Shown in pieces: positions 20,766-31,220 of a DNA stretch of 64,000 nucleotides. The notes beneath the pieces were generated by a model. That model was given only the letters and a program-made list of their open reading frames with translations. It was not told the origin of the DNA and made no database searches. How positions within the stretch are numbered: the first letter of the stretch is position 1; every line of letters starts with the position of its first letter. A program made the position numbers and the translations under genes. This DNA is from Verrucomicrobiota bacterium (GTDB lineage: Bacteria > Verrucomicrobiota > Verrucomicrobiia > Chthoniobacterales > JACTMZ01): contig JAQBWH010000002.1 in NCBI GenBank assembly GCA_027624625.1, positions 24,271 through 88,270 on the forward strand, written 5' to 3'.

Positions 20766-21650
20766 CACCAACACGACCGCGACAATGATGAGAATACATC
20801 CTATGACACGCACGACAAATGTACGACGATCAAAGACACTGTCCGAAATCGACAGGCGGCGGGCCACCACTGCGAGGAGCAGCAGGCTCCACAAACCGCG
20901 TGAGCTGTAGACAACATTCGCTGCCGTTGCGTCGCCGAAGAGGCCAATCGCTGAGGCCATCCCCGTAGCCTGCAGACCGAGCAGAAGCACACCGACGGCC
21001 AGCCAACGACGCGCGCCCGGCGCTTCCCTGCGTCGTGGAGGGCGCAAAATGTGCGGCCACAACAAGGGAAGTGAAAGGACGGCCACGCTACCGAACATCA
21101 CGGGCATGAAGAGAGTGAACCCGGCCACCGGCGCGCCGACTTGCACCACAATGTCGGCTGCGGCGAAGCTCAGCGCGGCGAAGAGGGCCCAACTTAACGT
21201 GGTGAGGGGGCGTGAGGCACTCACCTTCGGTCCGCGGTGCAGCAGAATCACCCCGGCCATGGTCAGGCCCACCGCCAGCCAAAGGTCGGGGTCCGGCCGG
21301 TTGCCGGGAACGAGGAGACTGAGCAGCGCGAGAAAGACCACCTTGGCTGCGAGGGCCGGCGTCGCCACGGAAACGTCGCCGCTCTGCAGCGACCGGAAGG
21401 TCCCGACCTGCCCGAGAAAAAAAAGCACGCCCGCCGCGACCGCCCAGCCCGCCGCGCCGGGGTTCCACCCGGATGGACCGGCCAAAAGCAGAGGAGCAAA
21501 GATGCAGCCCAGAACGAGGTTGCTGAAAAACAGGACCGACCAAGTAGTCACGCCGCGCCCGAGGGCGATTTTCAGACAGAGCGCGGCTGCGGCGTAGAGC
21601 ACGGCTGCGGCCAGGGGCAGAAGGAGGTAGGGATGCAAGGACGCGGTCAA
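20757..21650 (-). CDS. DMT/EamA family transporter
   Basis: About 10 TM helices in two repeats; overlaps the convergent gene by 9 nt. Confidence 0.75.
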   Translation of the reverse strand: MTASLHPYLLLPLAAAVLYAAAALCLKIALGRGVTTWSVLFFSNLVLGCIFAPLLLAGPSGWNPGAAGWAVAAGVLFFLGQVGTFRSLQSGDVSVATPALAAKVVFLALLSLLVPGNRPDPDLWLAVGLTMAGVILLHRGPKVSASRPLTTLSWALFAALSFAAADIVVQVGAPVAGFTLFMPVMFGSVAVLSLPLLWPHILRPPRRREAPGARRWLAVGVLLLGLQATGMASAIGLFGDATAANVVYSSRGLWSLLLLAVVARRLSISDSVFDRRTFVVRVIGCILIIVAVVLVLF

Positions 21651-21815
21651 TTTAGACTATTCCACGTTCCGGGGCCAGCCTGGCCAACTTGGCGGCTCCC
21701 GACAGAAGACAAGGCGGGCTTTGACCACAGGCTGGCCCGGTCGCCTTGGTTTGGGAGCACCATCCGCGCACGCTTTCCGCTTGCCCGGGCGTGGGGCTCT
21801 CCTACGCTCATTTTT

Positions 21816-22628
21816 ATGAAAATCGGATTCATCGGTTGTGGAAAAATGGCTTCCGCTCTCATTCAAGGCGTTTTGGCGGCCAAAGTCTGCGAGCCCCCGG
21901 AAGTTGTCGTGCACGACAAGCTCTCCGAGCCGGCTGAAGTTCTCGGCACGGAAAGCGGCATTCGCGTGGCCCGTGACAATCGCGAGGTCGCCGCGGCTTC
22001 CGATGTTGTCCTCTTGTGCGTCAAACCCGAGGATGCGCTGCCTGCCTTGGCCGCAGCCTCGGCGGATTTGACCGGCAAGCTGCTTGTTTCCATCGTGGCC
22101 GGCGTCACCATTGATTCGTTGCAGCAGGCCGCGGGGCCGGAGTGCCGCGTGGTGCGCGTCATGCCCAACACGGCCGCCCTCGTGCAAAAGGGCGCCTCCG
22201 CTTATGCCACGGGCGCCGGGGTGACGGACCAAGATGTTGCCGCGGTGGAAGAAATTTTCACTTCGGTCGGCCGCGCCTTCCGGGTCAAGGAGCCCTTGCT
22301 TGATGCCGTCACTGGCTTGAGTGGGAGCGGTCCGGCTTACGTTTATCTTTTCATCGAGGCCCTCTCCGATGGCGGTGTGCAGATGGGTTTGCCTCGCGAC
22401 CTCGCCACCAGTTTGGCCGTGCAAACCGTAGCCGGTGCCGCTGGCATGGTCGCGGAGACCATGATGCATCCGGCCCTCTTGCGCGAAATGGTGACCAGCC
22501 CCGGCGGGACCACCATCGCCGGTCTGGCCGAGCTGGAGCGAGGTGGTGTGCGTGCCGCAGTGATGGACGCGGTGTGCGCGGCGACCCTTCGTGCGCGGGA
22601 ATTGGGTGGCGGCGATGCGGAAGACTGA
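21816..22628 (+). CDS. proC: Pyrroline-5-carboxylate reductase
   Basis: IGFIGCGKM, RVMPN, TGLSGSGPAY, VTSPGGTT. Confidence 0.96.
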   Translation: MKIGFIGCGKMASALIQGVLAAKVCEPPEVVVHDKLSEPAEVLGTESGIRVARDNREVAAASDVVLLCVKPEDALPALAAASADLTGKLLVSIVAGVTIDSLQQAAGPECRVVRVMPNTAALVQKGASAYATGAGVTDQDVAAVEEIFTSVGRAFRVKEPLLDAVTGLSGSGPAYVYLFIEALSDGGVQMGLPRDLATSLAVQTVAGAAGMVAETMMHPALLREMVTSPGGTTIAGLAELERGGVRAAVMDAVCAATLRARELGGGDAED

Positions 22629-23355
22629 ATACGTCCTCGTTGCCGCGTTTGCCCTCTCGCTGGCCACCTGGTCCTCCGCCGGGGAGACCGCGGAGGCCGT
22701 CCGCCCGCCTGCCCGCGGGCCGGGCGCCGCAATGCTCACGACACCGGGCCCCGCGCTTGTGCCGGTCAGCATTCCCCACGAGGCAAAACCTCCCGTGCAG
22801 ACCACGATCGCGGAAGAAATCGGTGCCGAGGGCATCGAAGCATTCCGGTCCGGTAATTTTGAGGGCGCGCGCGAGGCCTACCTTCGCGTGCTCAAAATCG
22901 AACCCGACAACCTGCCCGCCTTGGTCAATCTTGGTTCGACCGAATACCGGCTGGGCAACAGCAAGGAGGGGGAACGCCTGCTGCGCCGTTCGCTGCAAAT
23001 CAAACCCGACAACGCGACCGCTTGGCTCAACCTCGGCATCATCTATCTGGAACGCGATGAGCCGATGCACTCTCTCGCGGCGATCGCGCAAGCCGTGGCG
23101 CAGGACCCCAATGATGCGGTGGCGCGCAACTACCTCGGGGTGGCCGCGGGCCGCAACCGCTGGTTCGATGCCGCGGAAGCCGAATTGCGCCGCTCGGTCG
23201 AATTGCAACCGGACTACGCCGATGCGCATTTCAACCTCGCCGTTTTCTGTCTCGAGCGCGACCCGCCGGCCGTGGAACTGGCGCGCCGCCATTATCAGAA
23301 AGCCCTCGAATTAGGCGCCGTTCCGGACCGGCTGATTGAAAAAGCCTTGAAGTGA
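22615..23355 (+). CDS. Exported TPR-repeat protein
   Basis: Signal-like N-terminus and about 4 TPRs (ALVNLG, AWLNLG, ARNYLG, AHFNLA). Confidence 0.8.
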   Translation: MRKTEYVLVAAFALSLATWSSAGETAEAVRPPARGPGAAMLTTPGPALVPVSIPHEAKPPVQTTIAEEIGAEGIEAFRSGNFEGAREAYLRVLKIEPDNLPALVNLGSTEYRLGNSKEGERLLRRSLQIKPDNATAWLNLGIIYLERDEPMHSLAAIAQAVAQDPNDAVARNYLGVAAGRNRWFDAAEAELRRSVELQPDYADAHFNLAVFCLERDPPAVELARRHYQKALELGAVPDRLIEKALK

Positions 23356-23410
23356 GCTCCGTCCTCCGCTCCGCGAGGGCCGCCGGTTGATTTGCCCGAG
23401 GAAAAGGGGC

Positions 23411-24220
23411 ATGCTGTGCGGTCCCATGCGTCTCCTTCTTGCCTGTGCCATCGCCTGCCTTTGCGGCCAGACGATCCACGCCGCGGCCACCCCGCCGGCA
23501 GTGCATGGCAAAGCTTTCATCGTGGTTGATGTCCAGACCGGCCGCGTCCTCGGCCACCGCAACTCACGCGAACCCCGCGCCGTGGCCAGCACCCAAAAAC
23601 TTCTCACCGCCTTGATCATCGCCGAGGAAGGCAACCTGGAGGATATGGTCACGATCAAGCCTGCGGACACCGCCGCCGCCCCGACCAAACTTTACCTGAA
23701 GGCCGGCCAGACCTATTCGCGCTACGAATTGCTCCAAGCCTTGTTGGTCAAGAGCCCCAATGATGTCGCCCTCGCTCTGGCCCGCGACAATGCCGGCAGC
23801 ACGGATGAATTCGTGGCGAAGATGAACCGTCGGGCCCGCGCCATGGGGGCCAGTTCCTCACGCTTCAAGAATCCAAACGGCTTGCCCGCTGAAGACCAGT
23901 TTTCAACCGCTCGGGATATGGCGATTATCGCCCGCAACGCTTACTCCAATCCGGTCATCCGCAAAATCGTGGCCACCCCGCGTGCCGAATTCCATTACTC
24001 CGACGGTCGTGTGCGCCAACTGGTCAACACCAACCGCATCCTCCATCAGGTTCCGTGGTGCAATGGAATGAAGACCGGATATACCAACGCGGCCGGGCAC
24101 TGTCTTGTTTCGAGCGGACACAACAACGGGCGCGACGTCATTGCCGTGATTCTCGGCAGCAACAAAGCCCACGTCTATGCCGACTCCAGGCGGCTGCTGG
24201 AATGGGGGTTGCGACTTTGA
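23411..24220 (+). CDS. D-alanyl-D-alanine carboxypeptidase (peptidase S11)
   Basis: STQK (SxxK), SPND (SxN), NPNGL, KTGYT. Confidence 0.92.
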   Translation: MLCGPMRLLLACAIACLCGQTIHAAATPPAVHGKAFIVVDVQTGRVLGHRNSREPRAVASTQKLLTALIIAEEGNLEDMVTIKPADTAAAPTKLYLKAGQTYSRYELLQALLVKSPNDVALALARDNAGSTDEFVAKMNRRARAMGASSSRFKNPNGLPAEDQFSTARDMAIIARNAYSNPVIRKIVATPRAEFHYSDGRVRQLVNTNRILHQVPWCNGMKTGYTNAAGHCLVSSGHNNGRDVIAVILGSNKAHVYADSRRLLEWGLRL

Positions 24221-26241
24221 ACGGTGCTTTCGCGCCGTCGGCCGGCACCCGCATTGATTACGCAGCCGAGTTGAACGAGCAGCAACTTGCGGCCGTGACC
24301 TCGCCGGGTGGTGGAGCCTTGGTCATCGCCGGCGCAGGCAGCGGCAAGACGCGCACCCTGATTTACCGTGTGGCCTGGCTGCTCGAGAACGGGGTCAAGC
24401 CGTGGGAAATCCTCCTCCTCACCTTCACCAACAAGGCCGCGCGGGAAATGACCGGCCGGGTCACCGAATTGCTCGGTCCTGAGGCCGACGGCATCTGGGG
24501 CGGCACCTTCCACTCGATTGGCAACCGCATTCTCCGCCGCCATGCCGAGACGATCGGCTTCCGGCCCGGGTTCAGCATTCTCGACCGCGAGGACCAGTCC
24601 GATTTGCTCAAGAGTGTGGCCAATGATGCCGGCCTGCCGCGCGACAAGCGTTTTCCCAAACCCGACGTGCTGGCCGAATTATTTTCTCTCTCCGCGAACA
24701 CCGGTCAACCGCTGGAGCAAATTGTGCACGACCGCTTCGGCTACTTCGACGGCATGGCTGATACCATCGCGTCCGTTCGTGGGGCTTACGAGCGGCGCAA
24801 AGTCGCGGCCAATGCGATGGATTTCGACGACCTGCTCATCCGTACCAATCAACTCCTGCGCGAGCACCCCGAGGTCGGCGAGCATTACCGCCATCAATTT
24901 CGCCATGTGCTGGTCGACGAATATCAGGACACCAATCTTGTGCAATCCGATCTTGTCGATTTTCTCGGCTCGAAACACGGCAATATTATGGTGGTCGGCG
25001 ACGACGCGCAATCGATTTACTCGTGGCGCGGGGCAAATTTTGAAAATATTCTCAATTTTCCCAAGCGTCATGCCGGGGCGCAGACTTACCGGATCGAGAC
25101 AAATTACCGCAGTGTCCCCGGGATTCTCGAAGTGGCCAATGCCGCCATCCGCGGCAACCTGCGGCAATTCGAAAAAAACCTTGTCGCCTGGCGCAAGGCG
25201 GGCGGGCGCCCCGTGCTCGCCGAATTGCCGACCAACAACGACCAAGCCGCTTACATTGCGCAGCAGATCCTCGAACTCAACCGCCAAGGCCTCGAGTTCC
25301 GCGAGATGGCCGTGCTTTACCGCGCCCATTTTCATTCGATGGAAATTCAGCTCGAGCTGACCCGCCGCGGCATTCCCTTCGAAGTGACCAGCGGGCTGCG
25401 CTTCTTCGAGCAGGCGCACGTCAAAGATGTCGCCGCCTTTTTGAAATTCGCGGTTAATCCGTCCGACGAGACCGCCTTCCGCCGCATGGTCCGTTTGCTG
25501 CCCGGGGTGGGGGAGAAAACGGCCGACACCCTGTGGTCGGTGGTCCGGGCCGGGGTCGAATCGGCCGCGCCCTTCGGCCAAGTTCTCCGCATGGCCAAGC
25601 CGCCGGTGCGGGCCGCCAAAATCTGGGAGCAATTGGCCGCCACCCTTGACGAAATCGCGCCGGAACGGAAGCCCATCGCGCCGGATCGCGCCATCGAGTC
25701 CATCATGGAGGCCTTTTACGAGGATTACATGAAGGCGGAGTTCGCCAATTTCGAAAACCGCCGGGAGGATCTGCGTACCCTCGCCGGTTACTCCCGGCAA
25801 TTCACCTCGACCGACGAATTCCTCGCGCAACTCGCCCTCCTGACCAATGTCGACGGCGCCGGATCGCGCCGCGACACCGAGACCGACCGCGTCGTCCTCT
25901 CCTCCGTCCACCAAGCGAAAGGCCTCGAGTGGCGCGCGGTCTTCGTCATTTGGCTGAGCGAAGGAATGTTTCCCGGTTCCCGCTCGCTGGAAAAGCCCGA
26001 CGCCCTCGAGGAAGAACGGCGTCTGTTCTACGTGGCCATCACGCGCGGACGCGACCACCTGCACCTTTGTTACCCGCAAATCCGCCTTGGTGGCGGCTAC
26101 GGTGAACCCTTCCAACGCCGCTCGCGCTTCATCGCCGAAATTCCCGCCCACCTGCTCGAGAAACCCGGCTCCGACGAATCTCCAAGGACCATCCCGCCCC
26201 AAGCCGCCAAAAAGCCCGGCGAACGCGATTGGTGGTATTAG
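24217..26241 (+). CDS. UvrD/PcrA/Rep family ATP-dependent helicase
   Basis: AGAGSGKT, TFTNKAA, VDEYQDTN, VGDDAQSIYSWRGA, HQAKGLEW, EERRLFYVAITR. TTG start overlaps the upstream stop. Confidence 0.93.
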   Translation: MNGAFAPSAGTRIDYAAELNEQQLAAVTSPGGGALVIAGAGSGKTRTLIYRVAWLLENGVKPWEILLLTFTNKAAREMTGRVTELLGPEADGIWGGTFHSIGNRILRRHAETIGFRPGFSILDREDQSDLLKSVANDAGLPRDKRFPKPDVLAELFSLSANTGQPLEQIVHDRFGYFDGMADTIASVRGAYERRKVAANAMDFDDLLIRTNQLLREHPEVGEHYRHQFRHVLVDEYQDTNLVQSDLVDFLGSKHGNIMVVGDDAQSIYSWRGANFENILNFPKRHAGAQTYRIETNYRSVPGILEVANAAIRGNLRQFEKNLVAWRKAGGRPVLAELPTNNDQAAYIAQQILELNRQGLEFREMAVLYRAHFHSMEIQLELTRRGIPFEVTSGLRFFEQAHVKDVAAFLKFAVNPSDETAFRRMVRLLPGVGEKTADTLWSVVRAGVESAAPFGQVLRMAKPPVRAAKIWEQLAATLDEIAPERKPIAPDRAIESIMEAFYEDYMKAEFANFENRREDLRTLAGYSRQFTSTDEFLAQLALLTNVDGAGSRRDTETDRVVLSSVHQAKGLEWRAVFVIWLSEGMFPGSRSLEKPDALEEERRLFYVAITRGRDHLHLCYPQIRLGGGYGEPFQRRSRFIAEIPAHLLEKPGSDESPRTIPPQAAKKPGERDWWY

Positions 26242-26425
26242 CGCGGCGGTTGTCCGGCCGGCGTGAACAGAAGGCAACGAAGAGCGTCCTTTGACTTCCG
26301 CCGGCGAGTTGGTTGGGCCCGGACGGCTCCGGAACGCGGACCAATCGTGACCATTTTTCGCTGGCTGTAGCGCGGTGTCCGGCACTGGTTGGGTAGAGGT
26401 GGCGCCGCCGGTCGCACGCCGAATT

Positions 26426-26442
26426 GTGACAGAAAATTCACA
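26426..26442 (+). promoter_or_regulatory. Candidate Pho box (11-bp direct repeat)
   Basis: GTGACA-gaaaa-TTCACA, 50 nt before the likely start of the phytase-like esterase. Confidence 0.7.
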
Positions 26443-26491
26443 TCTGCTGCCTTTGCGAGGGTGCGGGAGTGGACTCACAAATGGCCACGCT

Positions 26492-27793
26492 GTGAAACGT
26501 CTCTGCACCATTCTGATTCTAGCGGCGGCGGTCACTGTGTCCGGGGCGGAACCCTCCACCCTTCTGCTCGCCGCTGGGCGCATCGCAGCCGATGCGTGCG
26601 ACGCCGAAGGCGAGACGATCGGCGGCATCGGTTCTGCCATCGAAGTGATGCCCTCCGGGGAAATCGCCATGCTCAGCGATCGTGGGGCAGGGGACGGCAC
26701 CATTGATTACCGCCCGCGCCTGCAGTTTTTCACTATGACACATAGCGGGTCCAAGCTCGACATGCAGCTGGCCCGCACTCTGGTCTTGCGCGACTCCAAC
26801 GGCCGCGCCTTCACCGGACTGTTCCCCGATACGCCCGCGGCCGAGCCGCCTCAGCGTATTGACGGACGGATGTGTCATGATCCTGAAGGACTCGCTGTGG
26901 CGGACAACGGCCATTTTTTCATTGCCGAGGAATACCACCCGTCTGTGCGCGAATTCGACGCCACCGGGAATTTCGTGCGGCGCTTTTCCACGCCCGCGGG
27001 CTTCGTCCCGCGGGGCTCCGCCGGGCCAGATTTCTCCGCGGATGAGAAGGACGCGCTTGTCGCGGGCCGCGAACCGAACCGCGGCTTCGAGGGTCTGGCC
27101 CTCCTGCCCGACGGGAACCTTGCGACCGTGCTGCAAAGCGGCCTGGTGCAGGATGGCGGACGCGAGGCCGGTTCCACCCTTCTGGTTGTTTATAACACCG
27201 AGTCGGCGGAGGTGGCGGCGATTTATCTCCTGCCTCTGGCCGATGCGGCGGAACTAGACGCTTCGGCTCCCGCCGGAAAGAAAATTAAGACGCGCCATCT
27301 GGTGGTGAGTTCCCTCGCCGCGTTGCCTGATGGACGGTTGCTCGCTCTCGAGCGTGACAATTTCGGTGCCGATGGCTCGGACGAACATCCGCCGGCCCGC
27401 TGGAAAGCCGTCGTGCTGCTCGATCTGCGCCGGGCGGACAACCTGCTCGGGCGAGCGGATGTTTCCGGCGCAGCGCCGGTCCAGCGCACTGTTCTTTTCA
27501 ACCTCGCCGCCCTCGATACCGCGGCGCACGGTCTGTCGCGCACGGAAATGCCCGCCAAATGGGAGGGTATCGCCTTGGCCGCGATCGACGGCGACCGCGT
27601 GCGTCTGTTGCTTTCCTCCGACAACGACTTTCTCGTCCCCGAACTCCGCCTCCGGCGGGGTGAAGGGGAGCCGACGGTGGTTCCCTTTCCCCGCGCTGCG
27701 CGCACCCAGGACACTTGGATCATCGAAGTCGAGACTCTCGTGCCGCCCCTTTCCGCCTCCCGGAATGCCGTCCCATCCATCATCCGCACATGA
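26492..27793 (+). CDS. Esterase-like activity of phytase family secreted protein
   Basis: Signal peptide; LSDRG, DPEGL, AEEY.PSV, NRGFEGL, LLALERD, KWEGIA, SDNDF. Confidence 0.8.
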   Translation: MKRLCTILILAAAVTVSGAEPSTLLLAAGRIAADACDAEGETIGGIGSAIEVMPSGEIAMLSDRGAGDGTIDYRPRLQFFTMTHSGSKLDMQLARTLVLRDSNGRAFTGLFPDTPAAEPPQRIDGRMCHDPEGLAVADNGHFFIAEEYHPSVREFDATGNFVRRFSTPAGFVPRGSAGPDFSADEKDALVAGREPNRGFEGLALLPDGNLATVLQSGLVQDGGREAGSTLLVVYNTESAEVAAIYLLPLADAAELDASAPAGKKIKTRHLVVSSLAALPDGRLLALERDNFGADGSDEHPPARWKAVVLLDLRRADNLLGRADVSGAAPVQRTVLFNLAALDTAAHGLSRTEMPAKWEGIALAAIDGDRVRLLLSSDNDFLVPELRLRRGEGEPTVVPFPRAARTQDTWIIEVETLVPPLSASRNAVPSIIRT

Positions 27794-28482
27794 AAAACCG
27801 AACCCGCGCCTTCACCCTGATCGAACTCCTCGTCGTCATCGCCATCATCGCCGTTCTTGCCGCATTGGCTTTTCCTGCGGTGGGCAACGCCATGTCGTCC
27901 TCGCAGCGGGCCGCGGCCCTGAACAACATCAAGCAAATCAGCACGTTGACCGTGACCTATGCGGCCGACCACAACGGGCTGCTGCCCGAGGAGGGCGGCG
28001 AGGGGGTGCAGTCCTTCAGCCGCGTCAAGTCCGCGACCAACGCGTGGTATAACGTGCTTCCGCCGCTGGCCGGTCTGAAAGCGGCCCGCGAGCACGACCG
28101 CTTCACCTTCCACGGCCCCGAGTCGCTCTTTTTCGTCAAGGGCGCGAAATATCCGGCCCGCACCGGTTCCAGCGCTTACTTTGCCTATGGCATCAACTCG
28201 CAGTTGATGGACAACACGCGCACGCGGATCCGTCTCCACCAGATCACCCATCCCGCGCGGACCGCTCTCTTCGCCGAAGCCGGGTTGCCCGACGAGAAAG
28301 CGCTCCTGCCCAAGGGCGGGGCGGCTTCCGACCTCGGACAACCCAAGGTCCGCGACCGGCGTTTCATCGGCCGCCACAACGGCACCGGCATCATCGGTTT
28401 CGCCGACGGCCACGCCGAAGTCGTCCCGGTTGACCGTGCTTTCGACACCAACGTCGTGCGTTGGGAACTCGCCGCCAACTGA
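27790..28482 (+). CDS. Prepilin-type N-terminal cleavage/methylation protein with H-X9-DG motif
   Basis: AFTLIELLVVIAIIAVLA; C-terminal RHNGTGIIGFADGH. Confidence 0.9.
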   Translation: MKNRTRAFTLIELLVVIAIIAVLAALAFPAVGNAMSSSQRAAALNNIKQISTLTVTYAADHNGLLPEEGGEGVQSFSRVKSATNAWYNVLPPLAGLKAAREHDRFTFHGPESLFFVKGAKYPARTGSSAYFAYGINSQLMDNTRTRIRLHQITHPARTALFAEAGLPDEKALLPKGGAASDLGQPKVRDRRFIGRHNGTGIIGFADGHAEVVPVDRAFDTNVVRWELAAN

Positions 28483-28503
28483 ACCAATCCATCCTCCATT
28501 CCC

Positions 28504-31086
28504 ATGAAAAACATCCTCTCCCTCCTTGTGGCCGCGCTGGCCGTCGCCTCCACCGCCGCCGCGACTCCCATCCTCCGCATCACCGAAGTGATGAGTTCGT
28601 CCGGCAAAGGCGGCACGGTCGACTGGTTCGAATTGACCAACTACGGCGACACGGTCGCGGACATCACGGATTACCGGATGGACGACAATTCGTTCAGCTT
28701 CGCCAACTCAGTCGCGCTCATAGGCGTCAGCTCCATCGCGCCCGGCGAGTCTGTCATATTCCTCGAATCCTCCGGCGGTGCCGCCATCGCCGGCTTCCGG
28801 ACCTTCTGGGATCTCGGTGAGGCGCCGCAAATCGGCCACTACTCGGGCAGCGGCGTGGGCTTCAGCTCGAACGGCGACGGCGTCGTGGTTTTCGATGCAC
28901 TCGGTGTCGAGGTCACACCGCGGACCAGCTTCGGAGCCGCCACCTCGGGCAAGTCCTTCTACTGGGCCTACACTCCCTCCGGCGAAGCGGTGGCGACCGA
29001 GTCGGGCAACGTCAGCGCCAACGGCTTGCTCGACGGGCAGTCCACCTTCACCACGACCGGAGCCGTGCCGAACACCGGTTCGCCCGGCACGGCCGCCACC
29101 ATCGTGCCGGCGGAAATTGCGACCCTTTATTGGACGGCCAATGGCACCGCCCTCGGCGGCCATGGTCTCTGGACCGACGCCGGCGCGAATTGGTCCACGA
29201 ATACTTCGCCCGTCACAGGCACCGCGTGGATCGCGGGCAAGGAGGCCTCGTTCGGAGGGACAGCCGGCACGGTACAGGTGAACACAGCGCAATCGGCGCG
29301 CGCCCTTGCCTTCACGTCCGACGGCTACACGCTTTCCGGCAGCGGCAGCATCACGCTCTCCAACGGCATTGTCGCCGTATTATCGAATGACACCGCGACC
29401 ATCTCCGCCGCCCTGGCCGGCACCAACGGGCTGACCAGCTTCGGCTCCGGCACCGTCGTCCTTTCCGGAGCCAACACCTACACCGGAACCACGTCCGTCG
29501 CCCTCGGCTCCATGGTCCTCGGTGCGGCGCAGGGTCTTCCGTCCGGCTCGCTCGTCACCACCGCGCGCTTCACCACCTTCGACTTCGGCGCCCACGGTGC
29601 GATGGTCGGCGGCCTCGGCGGGGTGGGGACGTTTACCAATTTCAGCGGAACCCTCACCGTCAATGTCGCCGGCAGCGGCAACGTCCGCCTCGACGGCCGT
29701 TTGAGCGGCGCGGGCGATGTCGTCATCGACTCCGACGGCACCGGGGCGCAACGTTTCGACAGCTCGGCGCAGTCCCGCGCCGATGGCGCGCTCAAGGACT
29801 ACACCGGACGCACCATTGTGCGCCGCGGTTTGTTGCAGGTCGATGCGACCGGCGATCCCGTCTTCAACGGCGTGCCGGTCGCCACGTCGGAAGTCGTGGT
29901 CGAAGGCACATCCGAACTCTCCCGCGGCGAACTCGTGCTGGCCGGTGACGGCGGCGTCTACGAATTCGGGGCCGACCTCCCGCAGTTGCCCGTCATCACC
30001 CTCGCCGGCGGCACCCTTGGCAACGAAGCGCGCGAGGTCGTCGATCTTTACAACGACATCCTCGTCACCGGCACCGGCTCGGTCATCTCCTCGCGCGGCG
30101 CGGGCGACGGAGTCGCGACCTTCGCCGGCGAGTTCCAGTATTGGGGCGTGCTCGGCGGCAACGGCACCCTGCGCAAGTCCGGCCAGGGCGTTCTCATCCT
30201 GCACGAGGCCGCCGAATTCGCCGGTTCGTGGGACATCGCCAACGGCACCCTCGAAGTGCCGGCCGGGGGCGCGACCGGCAGCGGACCGGTGACGGTCACC
30301 CGCACGGTCACACCCGAGGGCGAAGAGCGGGGCGTGCTGCGCGGACGCGGCACCGCGGGCGGGAATGTCGCGGTGGCCGGAGAACTCGACCTGCTGGCCG
30401 AAAGCGGACGCCTGACCATCGGCGGTGATCTGGACCTGCTGTCCAGCGGCGTCCTGCGGTTCCATTTCTTCGGCGAAGCCGTGCCGTCCGTGCGCGCCAT
30501 CGCGACCGGCGCCTTCCGCGCACAAGCCGGCGCGGTGCTCCATGTCGAGGGCCCGGCGGTGGCCGGCACTTACCCTGTCCTGCTCGCCTCGGGCGGTCTC
30601 GATGGCGTCTTGTCGGTCACCGTGAGCGGACTCGAGGGCACCGGGTTGGCCGGTGTGCTCTCCGCGGACGGCAACACGCTCGTGCTGACCATTGCCGCGG
30701 ACACCGCGGAGACCTACGCATCCTGGTCGGGTGGCGTGCCCCCCGGCGACGATGTCAACGGCAACGGTTACACCGCCCTCGAGGAATTCGCCCTCGGTGC
30801 GGCCGCCCCGGGCGCATCTTTCTTCGTGCCTACGCAGGGCGCGACCAGTGCTGGCGGCACCAATTTCCTCACTCTCACCGCCGTGGTCCGCACCAACGGC
30901 ACCGGCCTGATCGTGACCGGCCAATCGGCGGCCGACCTCGCCGCGCCCGCGGCTTGGACAACAAACCGAGTCGACTACGTCCCCACGACCAACAGTGTGC
31001 CCGACGGTTGCCAGGAGCGCATCTACCGCACCCCGGCCGATGGAACCCGCAAATTCCTGCGGCTGCGCATGGAACTGGCGCCATGA
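28504..31086 (+). CDS. Large surface protein: lamin-tail-like domain, autotransporter-associated beta-strand repeats, C-terminal sorting-type tail
   Basis: Signal peptide; LRITEVM..DWFELTNYG; GSGTVVLSGANTYTGTT and KSGQGVLIL repeats; DVNGNG..LEEFALG...RKFLRL end; no beta-barrel. Confidence 0.78.
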   Translation: MKNILSLLVAALAVASTAAATPILRITEVMSSSGKGGTVDWFELTNYGDTVADITDYRMDDNSFSFANSVALIGVSSIAPGESVIFLESSGGAAIAGFRTFWDLGEAPQIGHYSGSGVGFSSNGDGVVVFDALGVEVTPRTSFGAATSGKSFYWAYTPSGEAVATESGNVSANGLLDGQSTFTTTGAVPNTGSPGTAATIVPAEIATLYWTANGTALGGHGLWTDAGANWSTNTSPVTGTAWIAGKEASFGGTAGTVQVNTAQSARALAFTSDGYTLSGSGSITLSNGIVAVLSNDTATISAALAGTNGLTSFGSGTVVLSGANTYTGTTSVALGSMVLGAAQGLPSGSLVTTARFTTFDFGAHGAMVGGLGGVGTFTNFSGTLTVNVAGSGNVRLDGRLSGAGDVVIDSDGTGAQRFDSSAQSRADGALKDYTGRTIVRRGLLQVDATGDPVFNGVPVATSEVVVEGTSELSRGELVLAGDGGVYEFGADLPQLPVITLAGGTLGNEAREVVDLYNDILVTGTGSVISSRGAGDGVATFAGEFQYWGVLGGNGTLRKSGQGVLILHEAAEFAGSWDIANGTLEVPAGGATGSGPVTVTRTVTPEGEERGVLRGRGTAGGNVAVAGELDLLAESGRLTIGGDLDLLSSGVLRFHFFGEAVPSVRAIATGAFRAQAGAVLHVEGPAVAGTYPVLLASGGLDGVLSVTVSGLEGTGLAGVLSADGNTLVLTIAADTAETYASWSGGVPPGDDVNGNGYTALEEFALGAAAPGASFFVPTQGATSAGGTNFLTLTAVVRTNGTGLIVTGQSAADLAAPAAWTTNRVDYVPTTNSVPDGCQERIYRTPADGTRKFLRLRMELAP

Positions 31087-31104
31087 CCGCCTCGTGCTGC
31101 TCTT

Positions 31105-31121
31105 GTGACAAAGAATTCACA
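31105..31121 (+). promoter_or_regulatory. Candidate Pho box
   Basis: GTGACA-aagaa-TTCACA, 100 nt upstream of the PEP-CTERM gene. Confidence 0.7.
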
Positions 31122-31220
31122 ACTTTGGCCTCTTACTGCAGCGCTTCCCTGCTTTCAATTCCTCAGCTGCAAGGTCCTACCCGCGGATCCAAACAAACAA
31201 CGATCAACATCCATCCAACC

